64,000 bases of DNA from Nitrosopumilus sp. GTDB taxonomy: Archaea; Thermoproteota; Nitrososphaeria; Nitrososphaerales; Nitrosopumilaceae. The position numbers and the translations under genes were made by a program. Of the stretch, positions 1 to 9,742 are shown piece after piece (the first letter of the stretch is position 1; each line of letters begins with the position of its first letter). The stretch is from contig OZ242186.1 of NCBI GenBank assembly GCA_965205675.1, positions 1,216,001 through 1,280,000 on the forward strand, written 5' to 3'. The notes beneath the pieces were generated by a model that saw only the letters and a program-made list of their open reading frames with translations, searched no databases and had not been told where the DNA came from.

Positions 1-165
1 ATCTCAATTAATGGAAATACCATACAAGTTATGGATTCTGAATCATTTGAGACTATTGATATTTCCTTGATTGATGATGAAGTCAACGGTAAATTAGAGA
101 ATGGTCAAAATGTCGAATATTGGGTTGTAATGGATAGAACTAAAATAATGCGCATTAAAAACTAG
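1..165 (+). CDS. eif5a: Translation factor aIF5A, 3' end (partial)
   Basis: Frame 1 reads ISINGNTIQVMDSESFETIDISL...VEYWVVMDRTKIMRIKN*, matching the aIF5A C-terminal OB domain (QVMD..FET motif). Confidence 0.85.
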   Translation: MSINGNTIQVMDSESFETIDISLIDDEVNGKLENGQNVEYWVVMDRTKIMRIKN

Positions 166-167
166 TG

Positions 168-235
168 AGGATGCTGATGATTATCGGAAAAGCCGTCTGA
201 ATTTATGATGACGATTATGAGTATTGAGGCGTCCT
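168..235 (+). ncRNA. Box C/D 2'-O-methylation guide sRNA
   Basis: Box C TGATGA 175-180, D' CTGA 197-200, C' ATGATGA 205-211, D variant TTGA 224-227; terminal stem AGGATGC/GCGTCCT followed by a T-run. Confidence 0.8.
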
Positions 236-282
236 TTTTCAACAAACTTAAGAAATGTGCTATCTTGAATCTCTTTTAGATA

Positions 283-972
283 ATGAAATTAGCTTCTCTT
301 TTTTCTGGTGGCAAGGATAGTACATATGCAATATATTTGGCACAAAAACAAGGCCATGAAATTAACTGTCTCTTGAGTATTTTTCCAAAATCTGACGAAA
401 GTCATTTACTTCATCACCCCAATATGCAATGGACAAAATTACAATCCGATTCCATGAACATGCCTCAATTAACAACATCATCTAATTCTGATCACATTGA
501 CAATGAATTACTCTTATTGGAAAATTTATTGAAAAACGCAATTACTCAATTTCATATAAAAGGAATAGTTCATGGCGGAATTAAAAGTAAATTCCAAAAA
601 GAAAAATTTGAAAATATATGTTCAAAATTAAATTTAAATGTTATTGCTCCTTTATGGGGCACTGAATCTGAATCTTATATGAATGAATTGATAGATTCAA
701 AATTTGATTTTGTTATGACCACTGTATCTTCAGATGGATTAGACGATTCGTGGTTGGGAAAACGTGTTTCAAAACAGGATATTTTTTTATTAAAATCACT
801 ATCTGAAAAATTTGGATTTAATTTAAATTTTGAAGGTGGGGAAGCCGAAACTTTTGTAATTAATTGTCCCCTCTTTTCACACTCGATCAAAATCAATCAA
901 TCCAAAAAAAAATGGGATGGGTATAGGGGAAGGTTTGAAATAGTAGATGCTGAATTGAATTACGATGCTTGA
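283..972 (+). CDS. dph6: Diphthine-ammonia ligase (PP-loop ATPase)
   Basis: SGGKDS PP-loop and EGGEAETFV motif. Confidence 0.85.
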   Translation: MKLASLFSGGKDSTYAIYLAQKQGHEINCLLSIFPKSDESHLLHHPNMQWTKLQSDSMNMPQLTTSSNSDHIDNELLLLENLLKNAITQFHIKGIVHGGIKSKFQKEKFENICSKLNLNVIAPLWGTESESYMNELIDSKFDFVMTTVSSDGLDDSWLGKRVSKQDIFLLKSLSEKFGFNLNFEGGEAETFVINCPLFSHSIKINQSKKKWDGYRGRFEIVDAELNYDA

Positions 973-2293
973 TGGGCTTAAAACCAGTTTAGGTGACGCA
1001 ATCAAGAAAATTGTAAAATCTTCAGGAATAGATGAACAACTTATCAAAGAACTCGTAAATGATATTCAGAAAGCATTATTGAACGCTGATGTGAATGTCC
1101 AGCTAGTCTTTGAAATTACAGAGAATCTAAAAAAACGTGCATCAGGCGAGACACCTCCGCCTGGGCTATCTCGAAAGGATCATATTGTTAAGATTCTTTA
1201 TGACGAACTCTCAAAATTGCTTGGAAATGAATCCGACTTTGATTTTAAACCGGGAAAACAAAATAAACTAGTTTTACTTGGAATTCAAGGTAGTGGTAAA
1301 ACCACTATAACCTCAAAACTTGCCAAATTTTTAACTCAGCAAGAGTATAAAGTTGGAGTTGTAGGGGCCGATACCTACAGACCTGGTGCACTAGTTCAAT
1401 TAAGAACAATGTGTGAGAAATCAGGCGTAGAAGTTTACGGAGAAGAAAACAATAAAGATTCTCCTAATATTGTAAAAAATGGTTTAAAACATTTTGCAGG
1501 TCAGCCTTTAGACATTATCCTAATTGATACTGCCGGTCGTCATAAAGAAGAACAAGATCTTTTAGAAGAAATGGATAGGATTAACAAGGTAGCAGATCCT
1601 GATTTAGCTTTACTTGTAATTGACGGTACAATTGGACAACAATGTTTCAACCAAGCTGAAGCATTCCATAAAACAATTCCAGTAGGGGGCATAGTTGTTA
1701 CAAAATTAGATAGTTCTGCACACGGCGGAGGTGCACTTGCAGCATCTGCAGCAACAGGTGCACAAATAATGTACATTGGAACAGGTGAGCGAATTGATGA
1801 TTTAGAAAAATTCTCACCCACGCGATTTGTTGGACGATTACTTGGAATGGGCGATATTCAAGCTGTTTTGGATTTAGCTAAGCGATTAGAAAATGAAAGT
1901 GATGACGTTAGAATGAAAAGAATTTCCAGTGGAAAGATGAACATGGATGATTTCTTTTATCAGCTTGAGGAGGTAACTAAAGTGGGCTCTCTACAGGGAT
2001 TGCTTGATAGCATGCCCGGTCTTTCTGGAATGGTAAAAGGTGATCAAGTAGATCAAATGGAAGGTAGAGTTTCAAAATGGCGTTACATAATTCAAAGTAT
2101 GACAAAAGATGAAAAAGCAGATCCGGACATATTGAAGAGTTCATCTAGAATCAAAAGAATTTCCCGAGGTTCTGGTTGGCCAGAAAGCGAAGTCAAAGAG
2201 TTACTCAAAAATTACAAAAAGTCTAAAAATATGATGAAAGCTTCCAAAGGCCGTCAGATGCAAGGAACTCTTAGAAAAATGGGGTTAGGGTAA
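965..2293 (+). CDS. srp54: Signal recognition particle protein SRP54
   Basis: GIQGSGKTT, DTAGR, TKLD, GTGE motifs; Met-rich M domain. Confidence 0.97.
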   Translation: MLDGLKTSLGDAIKKIVKSSGIDEQLIKELVNDIQKALLNADVNVQLVFEITENLKKRASGETPPPGLSRKDHIVKILYDELSKLLGNESDFDFKPGKQNKLVLLGIQGSGKTTITSKLAKFLTQQEYKVGVVGADTYRPGALVQLRTMCEKSGVEVYGEENNKDSPNIVKNGLKHFAGQPLDIILIDTAGRHKEEQDLLEEMDRINKVADPDLALLVIDGTIGQQCFNQAEAFHKTIPVGGIVVTKLDSSAHGGGALAASAATGAQIMYIGTGERIDDLEKFSPTRFVGRLLGMGDIQAVLDLAKRLENESDDVRMKRISSGKMNMDDFFYQLEEVTKVGSLQGLLDSMPGLSGMVKGDQVDQMEGRVSKWRYIIQSMTKDEKADPDILKSSSRIKRISRGSGWPESEVKELLKNYKKSKNMMKASKGRQMQGTLRKMGLG

Positions 2294-2318
2294 TCCCCCA
2301 ACATATTCTAGTTCAAAC

Positions 2319-3458
2319 ATGTCTACATATCAACAAATTCTTCCCATTGCAAGTCAAATTCTCAAAAAATATGATTTATGTGATCATTGTTTAGGCAGAC
2401 TGTTTTCAAAACAATTGCATCGATCTTCAAACAAACTTCTGGGTAAGAAGCTAAATCTAAACTCTACTGCCAAATGTTATGTGTGTAAAAATCTATTTGA
2501 TAATCTAAATCATTTTTTAAAACTTATGATTGAGATTTCATCTGAATATTCTTTTAACACATTCAGTGTAGGTGTCATGATAAAACCCTCTGTTGCGGAT
2601 AGGGATGATTTCATACGTTCTCAATACAAATTGAAAGGAATTGATAGTATCAAAACTAATGTAGCAAAAGAATTAGGAAGATTATATTCTAAAAAAACAA
2701 AAACAGTAATTGAACCTCTCGATCCTGAAATTATTTTTACAGTTAATCTTAAAGATGAATCGTGTGAATTACGTTCAAAACCTATCACTTTGTCTGGAAG
2801 ATATGTAAAATCCCAACGGGGTTTTTCTCAAAAACAAAAATCTTGCAATAATTGCCTTGGAAAAGGTTGTAGGATTTGTGATTTTCATGGGATTATGGAA
2901 TTTGATAGCGTTGAAGGTGTTATTTCTAAATATATTTTTAAAAAATTTGGTGGAACAACTGCAAAATTTACTTGGATTGGTGGCGAAGATAAGTCTAGTT
3001 TGGTTTTGGGCCGTGGACGTCCTTTCTTTATAAAAATACAAAATCCTTTTAAAAGATCTGTAAAGTTATCGAATCTTATTATAAATCCAATTAAAATTTT
3101 TAATTTGAGATTTGTTCATGAATCTCCAAAAAAACCATTGAAATTCAATTCTACTATTTGTGCAAAAATACATGCAGATTCTGAAATTGATTCTAAGAAA
3201 TTAAAGCAATTAAAAGATCTTATTGCGAAACCCGTAGTTGTTTATGACAAATCTGGAAAACGCTCTGAAAAAAAAATTTTCGATGTAAAATATAAGAGAA
3301 ATTCTTCTAGTCTGTTTACTCTTATCATCAAAGCCGAAGGAGGACTGCCAATCAAACGCTTTGTTATTGGTGAGGATGTTGTTCCAGGAGTCTCTAAGAT
3401 CATGGATATTCCATGTAAATGTCAGGAATTTGATTTTTTAGATATTGAAGTAGAATGA
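2319..3458 (+). CDS. pus10: tRNA pseudouridine synthase Pus10-like
   Basis: N-terminal CxxCLGR, THUMP-like region, GRY.K..R, GGED, GRPF, EGGL.IK. Confidence 0.8.
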   Translation: MSTYQQILPIASQILKKYDLCDHCLGRLFSKQLHRSSNKLLGKKLNLNSTAKCYVCKNLFDNLNHFLKLMIEISSEYSFNTFSVGVMIKPSVADRDDFIRSQYKLKGIDSIKTNVAKELGRLYSKKTKTVIEPLDPEIIFTVNLKDESCELRSKPITLSGRYVKSQRGFSQKQKSCNNCLGKGCRICDFHGIMEFDSVEGVISKYIFKKFGGTTAKFTWIGGEDKSSLVLGRGRPFFIKIQNPFKRSVKLSNLIINPIKIFNLRFVHESPKKPLKFNSTICAKIHADSEIDSKKLKQLKDLIAKPVVVYDKSGKRSEKKIFDVKYKRNSSSLFTLIIKAEGGLPIKRFVIGEDVVPGVSKIMDIPCKCQEFDFLDIEVE

Positions 3459-3496
3459 TGACAACAATTAACTAACACTAAATATCACAATTCTTT

Positions 3497-3589
3497 ATGC
3501 CAATGAGAAAAAAAGGTAAGCATTTGAGACATGCTGATCAAAGAGCTAATACACGCAAAAAAAAGAAAGCAGGCAAACCTCGTTCCTGA
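3497..3589 (+). CDS. 30-aa K/R-rich microprotein
   Basis: MPMRKKGKHLRHADQRANTRKKKKAGKPRS*; fills the intergenic gap, below the ORF-track cutoff. Confidence 0.55.
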   Translation: MPMRKKGKHLRHADQRANTRKKKKAGKPRS

Positions 3590-3628
3590 CCTAGTCAACC
3601 TTTTTACATTCAGAACTATCGAGGGATA

Positions 3629-4339
3629 ATGTTGGATCCACTAGTACGTTTTAAAGATGCACATTCTATGGGAATTATTCCTGATGATTTATTTGATTTA
3701 ATTATGAAACGATTCCCAATTACTATTGCTGGAATTAATCGAATTGAAAAAGCATCTGGAATTAGATTTCCTATAGCTTATGTGGAACCTTCTCTTGTTA
3801 TCTCCGCTCCTAATTCTAATTCGTATGAATTTGGCATCTTGTTTGCAAGAACAATCCCGGTATTATTTGAAAAAAAATTCCAGGTAGTAATCCAAATTTC
3901 TGCTCCTTTGGTTGCTTATGGGCTCAAAGGAACAATTCATGCAATTTTGGCTCATGAGTTTTTACATTTTTTGGATTTAATGCGAAAAATCTCCAAAATG
4001 GAATTATTATCTGATGAGATTTCTGGAAATCTATTTGAAAATATTTACAGCGATGAAACGAGATTATTTGAACCCCGTGTCGTCTTTAAAGATCGTACTC
4101 TGATAAATCATATTACAAAAAAATTCCCTGCAGGATTTCGTGATTTTAAACTTGAAGACAAGGTGATGAAATTCTGGGCTGGAAAAAATCTTCCAAAAAC
4201 AAACATTTCTTTGGATACTAATACGATAAAACTTTCAGCTGAATCAATTTCTAAAATCAAACTTGAGCCTTCGTTTATTTCTAAAATGGAATTATTAGAA
4301 GCAAAAAGTTCTAAAATTCGTAAAAAACAACTGTACTGA
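3629..4339 (+). CDS. Hypothetical protein with HExxH motif
   Basis: 236-aa ORF containing AHEFLH. Confidence 0.7.
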   Translation: MLDPLVRFKDAHSMGIIPDDLFDLIMKRFPITIAGINRIEKASGIRFPIAYVEPSLVISAPNSNSYEFGILFARTIPVLFEKKFQVVIQISAPLVAYGLKGTIHAILAHEFLHFLDLMRKISKMELLSDEISGNLFENIYSDETRLFEPRVVFKDRTLINHITKKFPAGFRDFKLEDKVMKFWAGKNLPKTNISLDTNTIKLSAESISKIKLEPSFISKMELLEAKSSKIRKKQLY

Positions 4340-4347
4340 TTATTCTC

Positions 4348-4533
4348 TTATTGGTTAAATTCTGTAAGACCACACTTACCGCAAGTGTTTCTATCTTTAT
4401 GTTGAGCCATGAATGTTCCTTTGCCACATCTAGAACAGACTTTTCTAGTTCTTGATGTTTTATCTCCTTCAATTTTATAATAAGACGCAATGCTAGGACT
4501 CGAACCCTTCTTGCCTTTTTTCTCTACAGGCAT
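4348..4533 (-). CDS. rps27ae: 30S ribosomal protein S27ae (eS31)
   Basis: CSRCG..FMA.H.DR..CGKCG zinc ribbon, next to S24e. Confidence 0.95.
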   Translation of the reverse strand: MPVEKKGKKGSSPSIASYYKIEGDKTSRTRKVCSRCGKGTFMAQHKDRNTCGKCGLTEFNQ

Positions 4534-4901
4534 TATTCAGATTTCTCCTCTTCTTCAGATGGTGTTTCTTTAGATTCTTCAACAGTTTTAGCTGCTGCTT
4601 CAGATTCTGCAGTTTTAGCTTTAGTTTTTTCTAGTCTTGAAAATATTGTTGGATTAATATGTTTTTTAGCTAATCCCTCATCTTCATAAACATAGAAAGT
4701 TCCAGTTATGAGAGATTTGCCAACTTGTGTTCGCAATCTCATTGGGATTACCACTTTGCCATCCAGTTTGAATTCTTTTGTAATCATATCTGCGGCTTCG
4801 AGACTTTTGAGTTTGCCTCCTAGTCCTGCAAAATTACAAGTCAACTCTCTTCTTGATAGAAATGTATTGTTGACGTCTGTAATTGTCTCAATTATGGACA
4901 T
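4533..4901 (-). CDS. rps24e: 30S ribosomal protein S24e
   Basis: N.FLSRRE motif; conserved pairing with S27ae. Confidence 0.9.
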   Translation of the reverse strand: MSIIETITDVNNTFLSRRELTCNFAGLGGKLKSLEAADMITKEFKLDGKVVIPMRLRTQVGKSLITGTFYVYEDEGLAKKHINPTIFSRLEKTKAKTAESEAAAKTVEESKETPSEEEEKSE

Positions 4902-4938
4902 GTATCAAAAATCTCTAGATATTTCATATAAACCTTGA

Positions 4939-5544
4939 TTGAAATTACATAAGAAATTTAAGAAATTCCCTCAGAACTATATCGTGGAACGTTATCTTTT
5001 ACATTTTAAAAATGAAAAGTATTTGCCTCAAAATTGCAGGGAATTAGCACACAAGGCCAGGGATCTTGCTTCGGACATGAATGTCTCAGTAAGACTTGCT
5101 AGAGTTGCCAGTAAGTTTATTGAATTTGATGTAGCAGCAGAAAAAATCGATCTAGATCCTCTTGTAGAAAAATTGTCCCCTATTGGTGAAATTGATAATG
5201 TGAGACATGTTGTAGAGGAGCATATCGATAAAGAAAGAGGTGTAGAGGAGGGCATATTTTATTTTAACAATGAAAGATTTTGGGAATGTCATGAAGCATT
5301 TGAGGGGGTTTGGAATCAATGCTATGGGCGAGAAAAAGAACTTGTTCAAGGTATAATTTTAGTAGCTGTTGCATTTGCTCATGAACAAGAAAATGAAGAA
5401 AGTATTGGCATTGGAATGCTGCATCGAGCTCTTGATAAATTAGGTTCTTCCCCTTCCATGTATCATTCAATTGATGTTGACAGAATTAGGAAAAATGCAG
5501 TCGACATGCAACAAGCAAACAAACTAACCAGATTTAAGATTTAA
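4939..5544 (+). CDS. DUF309-family protein (true start probably GTG at 4984)
   Basis: FNNERFWECHEAFE.VW...QGII motif. Confidence 0.8.
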   Translation: MKLHKKFKKFPQNYIVERYLLHFKNEKYLPQNCRELAHKARDLASDMNVSVRLARVASKFIEFDVAAEKIDLDPLVEKLSPIGEIDNVRHVVEEHIDKERGVEEGIFYFNNERFWECHEAFEGVWNQCYGREKELVQGIILVAVAFAHEQENEESIGIGMLHRALDKLGSSPSMYHSIDVDRIRKNAVDMQQANKLTRFKI

Positions 5545-6814
5545 TTAATTCTAGAGATTTTCCAATAACCTCTGCACCTTGCAGTAGTCCTATACTTCCT
5601 TTCTTTGCTTGATCTTCAGTCATTCTAGTTGTTCCATCTTTTTTGATAAAATCTCCTGAAACTAGAATTGGAATAGGATCATCACTATGACCTTTGTTGA
5701 TACATGGTGTTGAATGATCTGCAGAAATCACTATTGCAACTTTACTTGAATCTATATTTTCAACTAGTGTTTTGAAAAACCTTTGATCAATTTCTTCAAT
5801 ATTTTTCATTTTACCAACTGCATCTCCATCGTGACCAAACTCATCTGGTCCTTTTAGATGGACATAAATTGAATTTTGAGTTTTCATTGCGTTTGCAGCA
5901 ACTCTTGCTTTTTCCTCATAATCTGTTAATCCTCCAGCTTCAAAGGCTTTCATCTTTAAGACTTTTGAAATTCCTAGTTCCACAGGCATGTCTACTATGC
6001 ATGAAAAATTCATCTCATATTTTTCATTAATTGGAATTACGTCCGGGGATTTGTTACCTGCATCTCTAAGCAAAATACAACTAAGTTGCTTCTTGTTTCC
6101 ATCTTGTCTTTTTTTGTTAATCTGGCTTTCTTTCATTATGCCAATTGATTTTTCTGAAAATTCATTTATTAGATTTGCAGTGAATTTTGACTCTGTTGTA
6201 TTTTCTAGCGGCAGACATTTTTCAATTTTAAGAAAATCCCCTACGGCTTTTGCAACCCCCATACCTCCAATGTTACTATAAGCTGGGTCTGTGTTGGTAA
6301 TCCTTGATGATAATTTTTGAGAATTGTCTCTGATTCTCACAGTTACTCTATGGCCTATTGTTGGAGCAACAACTATTGATACGTCTGGAGATGATAGTTT
6401 GATTTTCTCTTCGATTTCTTTTGCAATTCCATCTGCATCTTCTTTTTCAATATGTCGTCCTGCGCGTCTATCAATAATGACGTTATCCTCATTTAAGGTA
6501 GAATAATTTCCTCGAAGGGCCAAATCCCCATCTTTAAAATCAATGCCAATTCCTATTGCTTCAATTACTCCCCTACCTACATAATCTGCATGTTTGAATT
6601 TGTATCCCAACATATTGAAAACTGCAATATCTGATTCTGGAGCAATTCCTTTTCCAACTGAAATTACTTCTCCAATTGCACCATTGCTTGCAATTTTATC
6701 TAACGTTGGTGTATTTGCAGCCTCTAATGGCGTTTTTCCTTCTAAATCGGGGTGTGGAAGATCTCCAACCCCATCTAAAAGAACATAGATCATGTGAATA
6801 TCAGAATTATCCAA
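5534..6814 (-). CDS. apgM: 2,3-BPG-independent phosphoglycerate mutase
   Basis: LDGVGD, TPLEAA.TP, DEFGHDG, ADHSTP motifs. Confidence 0.9.
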   Translation of the reverse strand: MDNSDIHMIYVLLDGVGDLPHPDLEGKTPLEAANTPTLDKIASNGAIGEVISVGKGIAPESDIAVFNMLGYKFKHADYVGRGVIEAIGIGIDFKDGDLALRGNYSTLNEDNVIIDRRAGRHIEKEDADGIAKEIEEKIKLSSPDVSIVVAPTIGHRVTVRIRDNSQKLSSRITNTDPAYSNIGGMGVAKAVGDFLKIEKCLPLENTTESKFTANLINEFSEKSIGIMKESQINKKRQDGNKKQLSCILLRDAGNKSPDVIPINEKYEMNFSCIVDMPVELGISKVLKMKAFEAGGLTDYEEKARVAANAMKTQNSIYVHLKGPDEFGHDGDAVGKMKNIEEIDQRFFKTLVENIDSSKVAIVISADHSTPCINKGHSDDPIPILVSGDFIKKDGTTRMTEDQAKKGSIGLLQGAEVIGKSLELIKS

Positions 6815-7043
6815 AATATTCTCTGTTTATTAAAAGCCTGATGCTCTGTTTTAAATCTTGCAACGGGATTTGCGATCAAAACAAAATGTTTGGTCACAAT
6901 TTTACATTTTTTATTTTATTAACTTTTGATGAAAATACGATTTTCTTATTTTTTAAAAAATATATTCAAAAAATTATTTTTAAAATTGGTTCATGTAGAT
7001 TTTAGTAAACGTTTTAACATCCATTTTACTTTTACTAACCATT

Positions 7044-8060
7044 ATGGGAGATATGCGCAAAGATTATGTTTCTGAGCGTTTCATGATTGTTTCAAAAAAA
7101 GATGACAAAGTAGTTGATCTTAAAAAATCTCCTTTTGCTCAAGGTAATGAATCTATGACTAATCCTTCTGTTTTGTCACTTGTTGCAAAAGATGGGATGT
7201 TACAACGTCTTCAGGATAATGAAGATGAATATGTTAAAAATTGGGTTATTCGGGTTTTTGAAAGTAAAAATCCCATAGTATCAATCGAAACTGAAAATTC
7301 TTACAGCGATAAACCGTTTTACAGCGAACCTGCATATGGGTATCATTACATTGTTGTTGCCTCTCCAAATGAAAAAGATTCTTTTGCAACCATTGATACT
7401 GAGCAATGGTCTAATGTTTTAGTTGTAGTTCAAGATAGATTGAGATGGCTTTATACTCAAAAAGGCGTAACTTATGTTTCAATTTATGGGGATCATGGTG
7501 ATTTGGCAGGTAATGCAAATCCTCATCCCCATCTGAATCTTTTAACATTTTCAACTATCCCCCCGGTAATTGAAACAGAAGCTGAGGCATCTCATAAAAT
7601 TCTAAATGAAAAAGGGGTTTGCCCCATGTGCCAGACTGTAAATGAAGAGATTGGTGGCCCTAGACAAATTCTTCAGACTGAAGGGTTTATCGCATTTTGT
7701 CCTTGGTCGCCTTCATATCCTTATGAATTCTGGGTATCTCCAAAAAAACACACTACTAGTTTTTCAAAAATAACTCAAAAAGAAATTAATGACTTGTCGT
7801 TAATTTTAAGGGCAACTCTTGGAGGTTTGTCAAAGACTGTGAAAAATGTTTCATACAATCTGGTCTTCCACCTTTCCCCCGAGAAGAAAAACAGCCGTCA
7901 AATTCATTGGCATATTGAAATTTACCCGGTTACAAAATCGTGGTCTGGATTAGAGCGGGGTTATGGAATTTTCTTAAATGATATCTCTCCTGAGCAGGCA
8001 GCAAAGAAACTTGGAATAGCTTGTAGAAAAGAATTGGCCAATTTGGTTGGCATTGTTTAA
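7044..8060 (+). CDS. GalT-like HIT nucleotidyltransferase
   Basis: HPH catalytic motif, CPMC, HWHIEI.P. Confidence 0.8.
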   Translation: MGDMRKDYVSERFMIVSKKDDKVVDLKKSPFAQGNESMTNPSVLSLVAKDGMLQRLQDNEDEYVKNWVIRVFESKNPIVSIETENSYSDKPFYSEPAYGYHYIVVASPNEKDSFATIDTEQWSNVLVVVQDRLRWLYTQKGVTYVSIYGDHGDLAGNANPHPHLNLLTFSTIPPVIETEAEASHKILNEKGVCPMCQTVNEEIGGPRQILQTEGFIAFCPWSPSYPYEFWVSPKKHTTSFSKITQKEINDLSLILRATLGGLSKTVKNVSYNLVFHLSPEKKNSRQIHWHIEIYPVTKSWSGLERGYGIFLNDISPEQAAKKLGIACRKELANLVGIV

Positions 8061-8102
8061 TTTTTTGAATGGTTTATTTATCAACTTAAATCAGTTATAA
8101 TT

Positions 8103-8543
8103 ATGGCAATAGAGAAATGGCTTGCAATAACAAGTGTTGGATTATTTGCAATGTTTGCAGGTGAAATAATTTCGATTTATAATTTCATGACGGATATTCC
8201 CGAAGAGATAGAATTTTCAATTACCTTTGATCCTGATCCAAAAATATTCCAATTCATTTCTATTGGTGTTGCACCCGCCGGAATACTTGCCGCAGTTCCA
8301 TTTATTATGACAAGACGTTATGGTTCAAAATATATTGGCGGTCTGATAATGGCTGGCGGAATAATTATGCTGGTGGGAATGCTTGTTTCTTATTCATTAA
8401 TTGATAAAATTGATGATGCATATATCACAGATGTTGTAAACTTGGTACCTTTGTTGTTTATTGTTTTATCCGCTCCCGTAATTGGTGTGGGCGCTTATCT
8501 GACAAAAGAAAAAAAGAGACGCCCAAAAAAAGAGTTTTTCTAA
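8103..8543 (+). CDS. Membrane protein (~4 TM)
   Basis: Four hydrophobic segments and a basic C-terminal tail. Confidence 0.75.
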   Translation: MAIEKWLAITSVGLFAMFAGEIISIYNFMTDIPEEIEFSITFDPDPKIFQFISIGVAPAGILAAVPFIMTRRYGSKYIGGLIMAGGIIMLVGMLVSYSLIDKIDDAYITDVVNLVPLLFIVLSAPVIGVGAYLTKEKKRRPKKEFF

Positions 8544-8977
8544 GTGTTATCTAATCGTAATTCATTAGCTACTTGTCTGAATCCTAGTTTTTCATAAAAT
8601 GGTTTAATTTCCTCCGTACAATCTAAAATTGTCTTGTAACAGCCACGTTTTTTTGCAATTTCAATAAGATATCTCATAATTTTTTCACCTATTTTCTGCC
8701 CTTGGAATCCCTTATGTACCACTACGTCTTCAATGTGTCCAACTAGTCCTCCATTATGGATGAATTTTGGTTCTATGAGCAGTGTTGCAGATCCTATAAT
8801 TTTCCCATCTATTTCTGCTACTGCTATAATGTGATCTGGATTGATATTAATTTTCTCAAAAATTTCTTTTGCTTTAGATTTTTCAATATTGCTTGTTTGT
8901 TTCAATGAATCCAGAGATTTAAGAAATCCATTCCAAAGATCTTTTTCTTCTAATTCTTTAATTGTTGGTTCATTCAT
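8540..8977 (-). CDS. GNAT acetyltransferase (glucosamine-6-P N-acetyltransferase-like)
   Basis: KFIH.GG.VGHIEDVVV, GCYK.ILDC, FYEKLGF. Confidence 0.85.
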   Translation of the reverse strand: MNEPTIKELEEKDLWNGFLKSLDSLKQTSNIEKSKAKEIFEKININPDHIIAVAEIDGKIIGSATLLIEPKFIHNGGLVGHIEDVVVHKGFQGQKIGEKIMRYLIEIAKKRGCYKTILDCTEEIKPFYEKLGFRQVANELRLDNT

Positions 8978-8985
8978 TTCTATGG

Positions 8986-9687
8986 TTACTGTTTTCTTAG
9001 TATTTGCATGTGTTCCTCACATATTTTTTTATATGATTCATTATTTCCAATATCGGAAAATCCTTTTTTTGTTATAAAACTACTTACTAATTTTTTGTTA
9101 GTTATAGCTTTTTTAATTACATCATCCATTCCATATGGTTTATTTTTTGGGATTAAACCAAGGACTTTGGGTTCCATTATATAACATCCCATGTTCACAT
9201 TTGCTTTTATCTCTGGTTTTTCATCCCAACTTGTCACTTTGCCTGTCTTTGAAGTATTAATTATCCCATATGCAAAATTGGTTTTGTATTCGTTTAAACT
9301 CATAGTTACAAATGCTCTTTTTACTTTATGCTGTTTTATCATATTTCTGAGACTAAAATTAAATATGGAATCCCCATACATGCAAACAAATGTATCTTTA
9401 ATGAATTCCTCTGCTGTTTTTAGTTGGCCTGCAGTATCTAAGGGTTCATTTGAAATTGCATATTCTATACTTACTCCAAATTTTTTCCCATTCTCAAAAT
9501 AATCCTCAATATTTTTTCTAAGATGACTTACAGCCAGAACTATTGATTTGATACCATTTTTTTTATTCCAATCAATAAGATGCTCTAAAATGGGTTTTTT
9601 ACCTAACAGCAACATTGGTTTTGGAGTTTTTTTTGTCAATGGGAGCAATCTAGTACCCAATCCTCCTGCCAAAATCACTGTTTTCAC
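8986..9687 (-). CDS. Sugar-phosphate nucleotidyltransferase
   Basis: ILAGGLGTRL.PLT...PKPM. Confidence 0.9.
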   Translation of the reverse strand: MKTVILAGGLGTRLLPLTKKTPKPMLLLGKKPILEHLIDWNKKNGIKSIVLAVSHLRKNIEDYFENGKKFGVSIEYAISNEPLDTAGQLKTAEEFIKDTFVCMYGDSIFNFSLRNMIKQHKVKRAFVTMSLNEYKTNFAYGIINTSKTGKVTSWDEKPEIKANVNMGCYIMEPKVLGLIPKNKPYGMDDVIKKAITNKKLVSSFITKKGFSDIGNNESYKKICEEHMQILRKQ

Positions 9688-9742
9688 AAATGTTCTCTGA
9701 GATATGGCTATTTATGTTCGAGGATGATTTTAAACTAAAATT

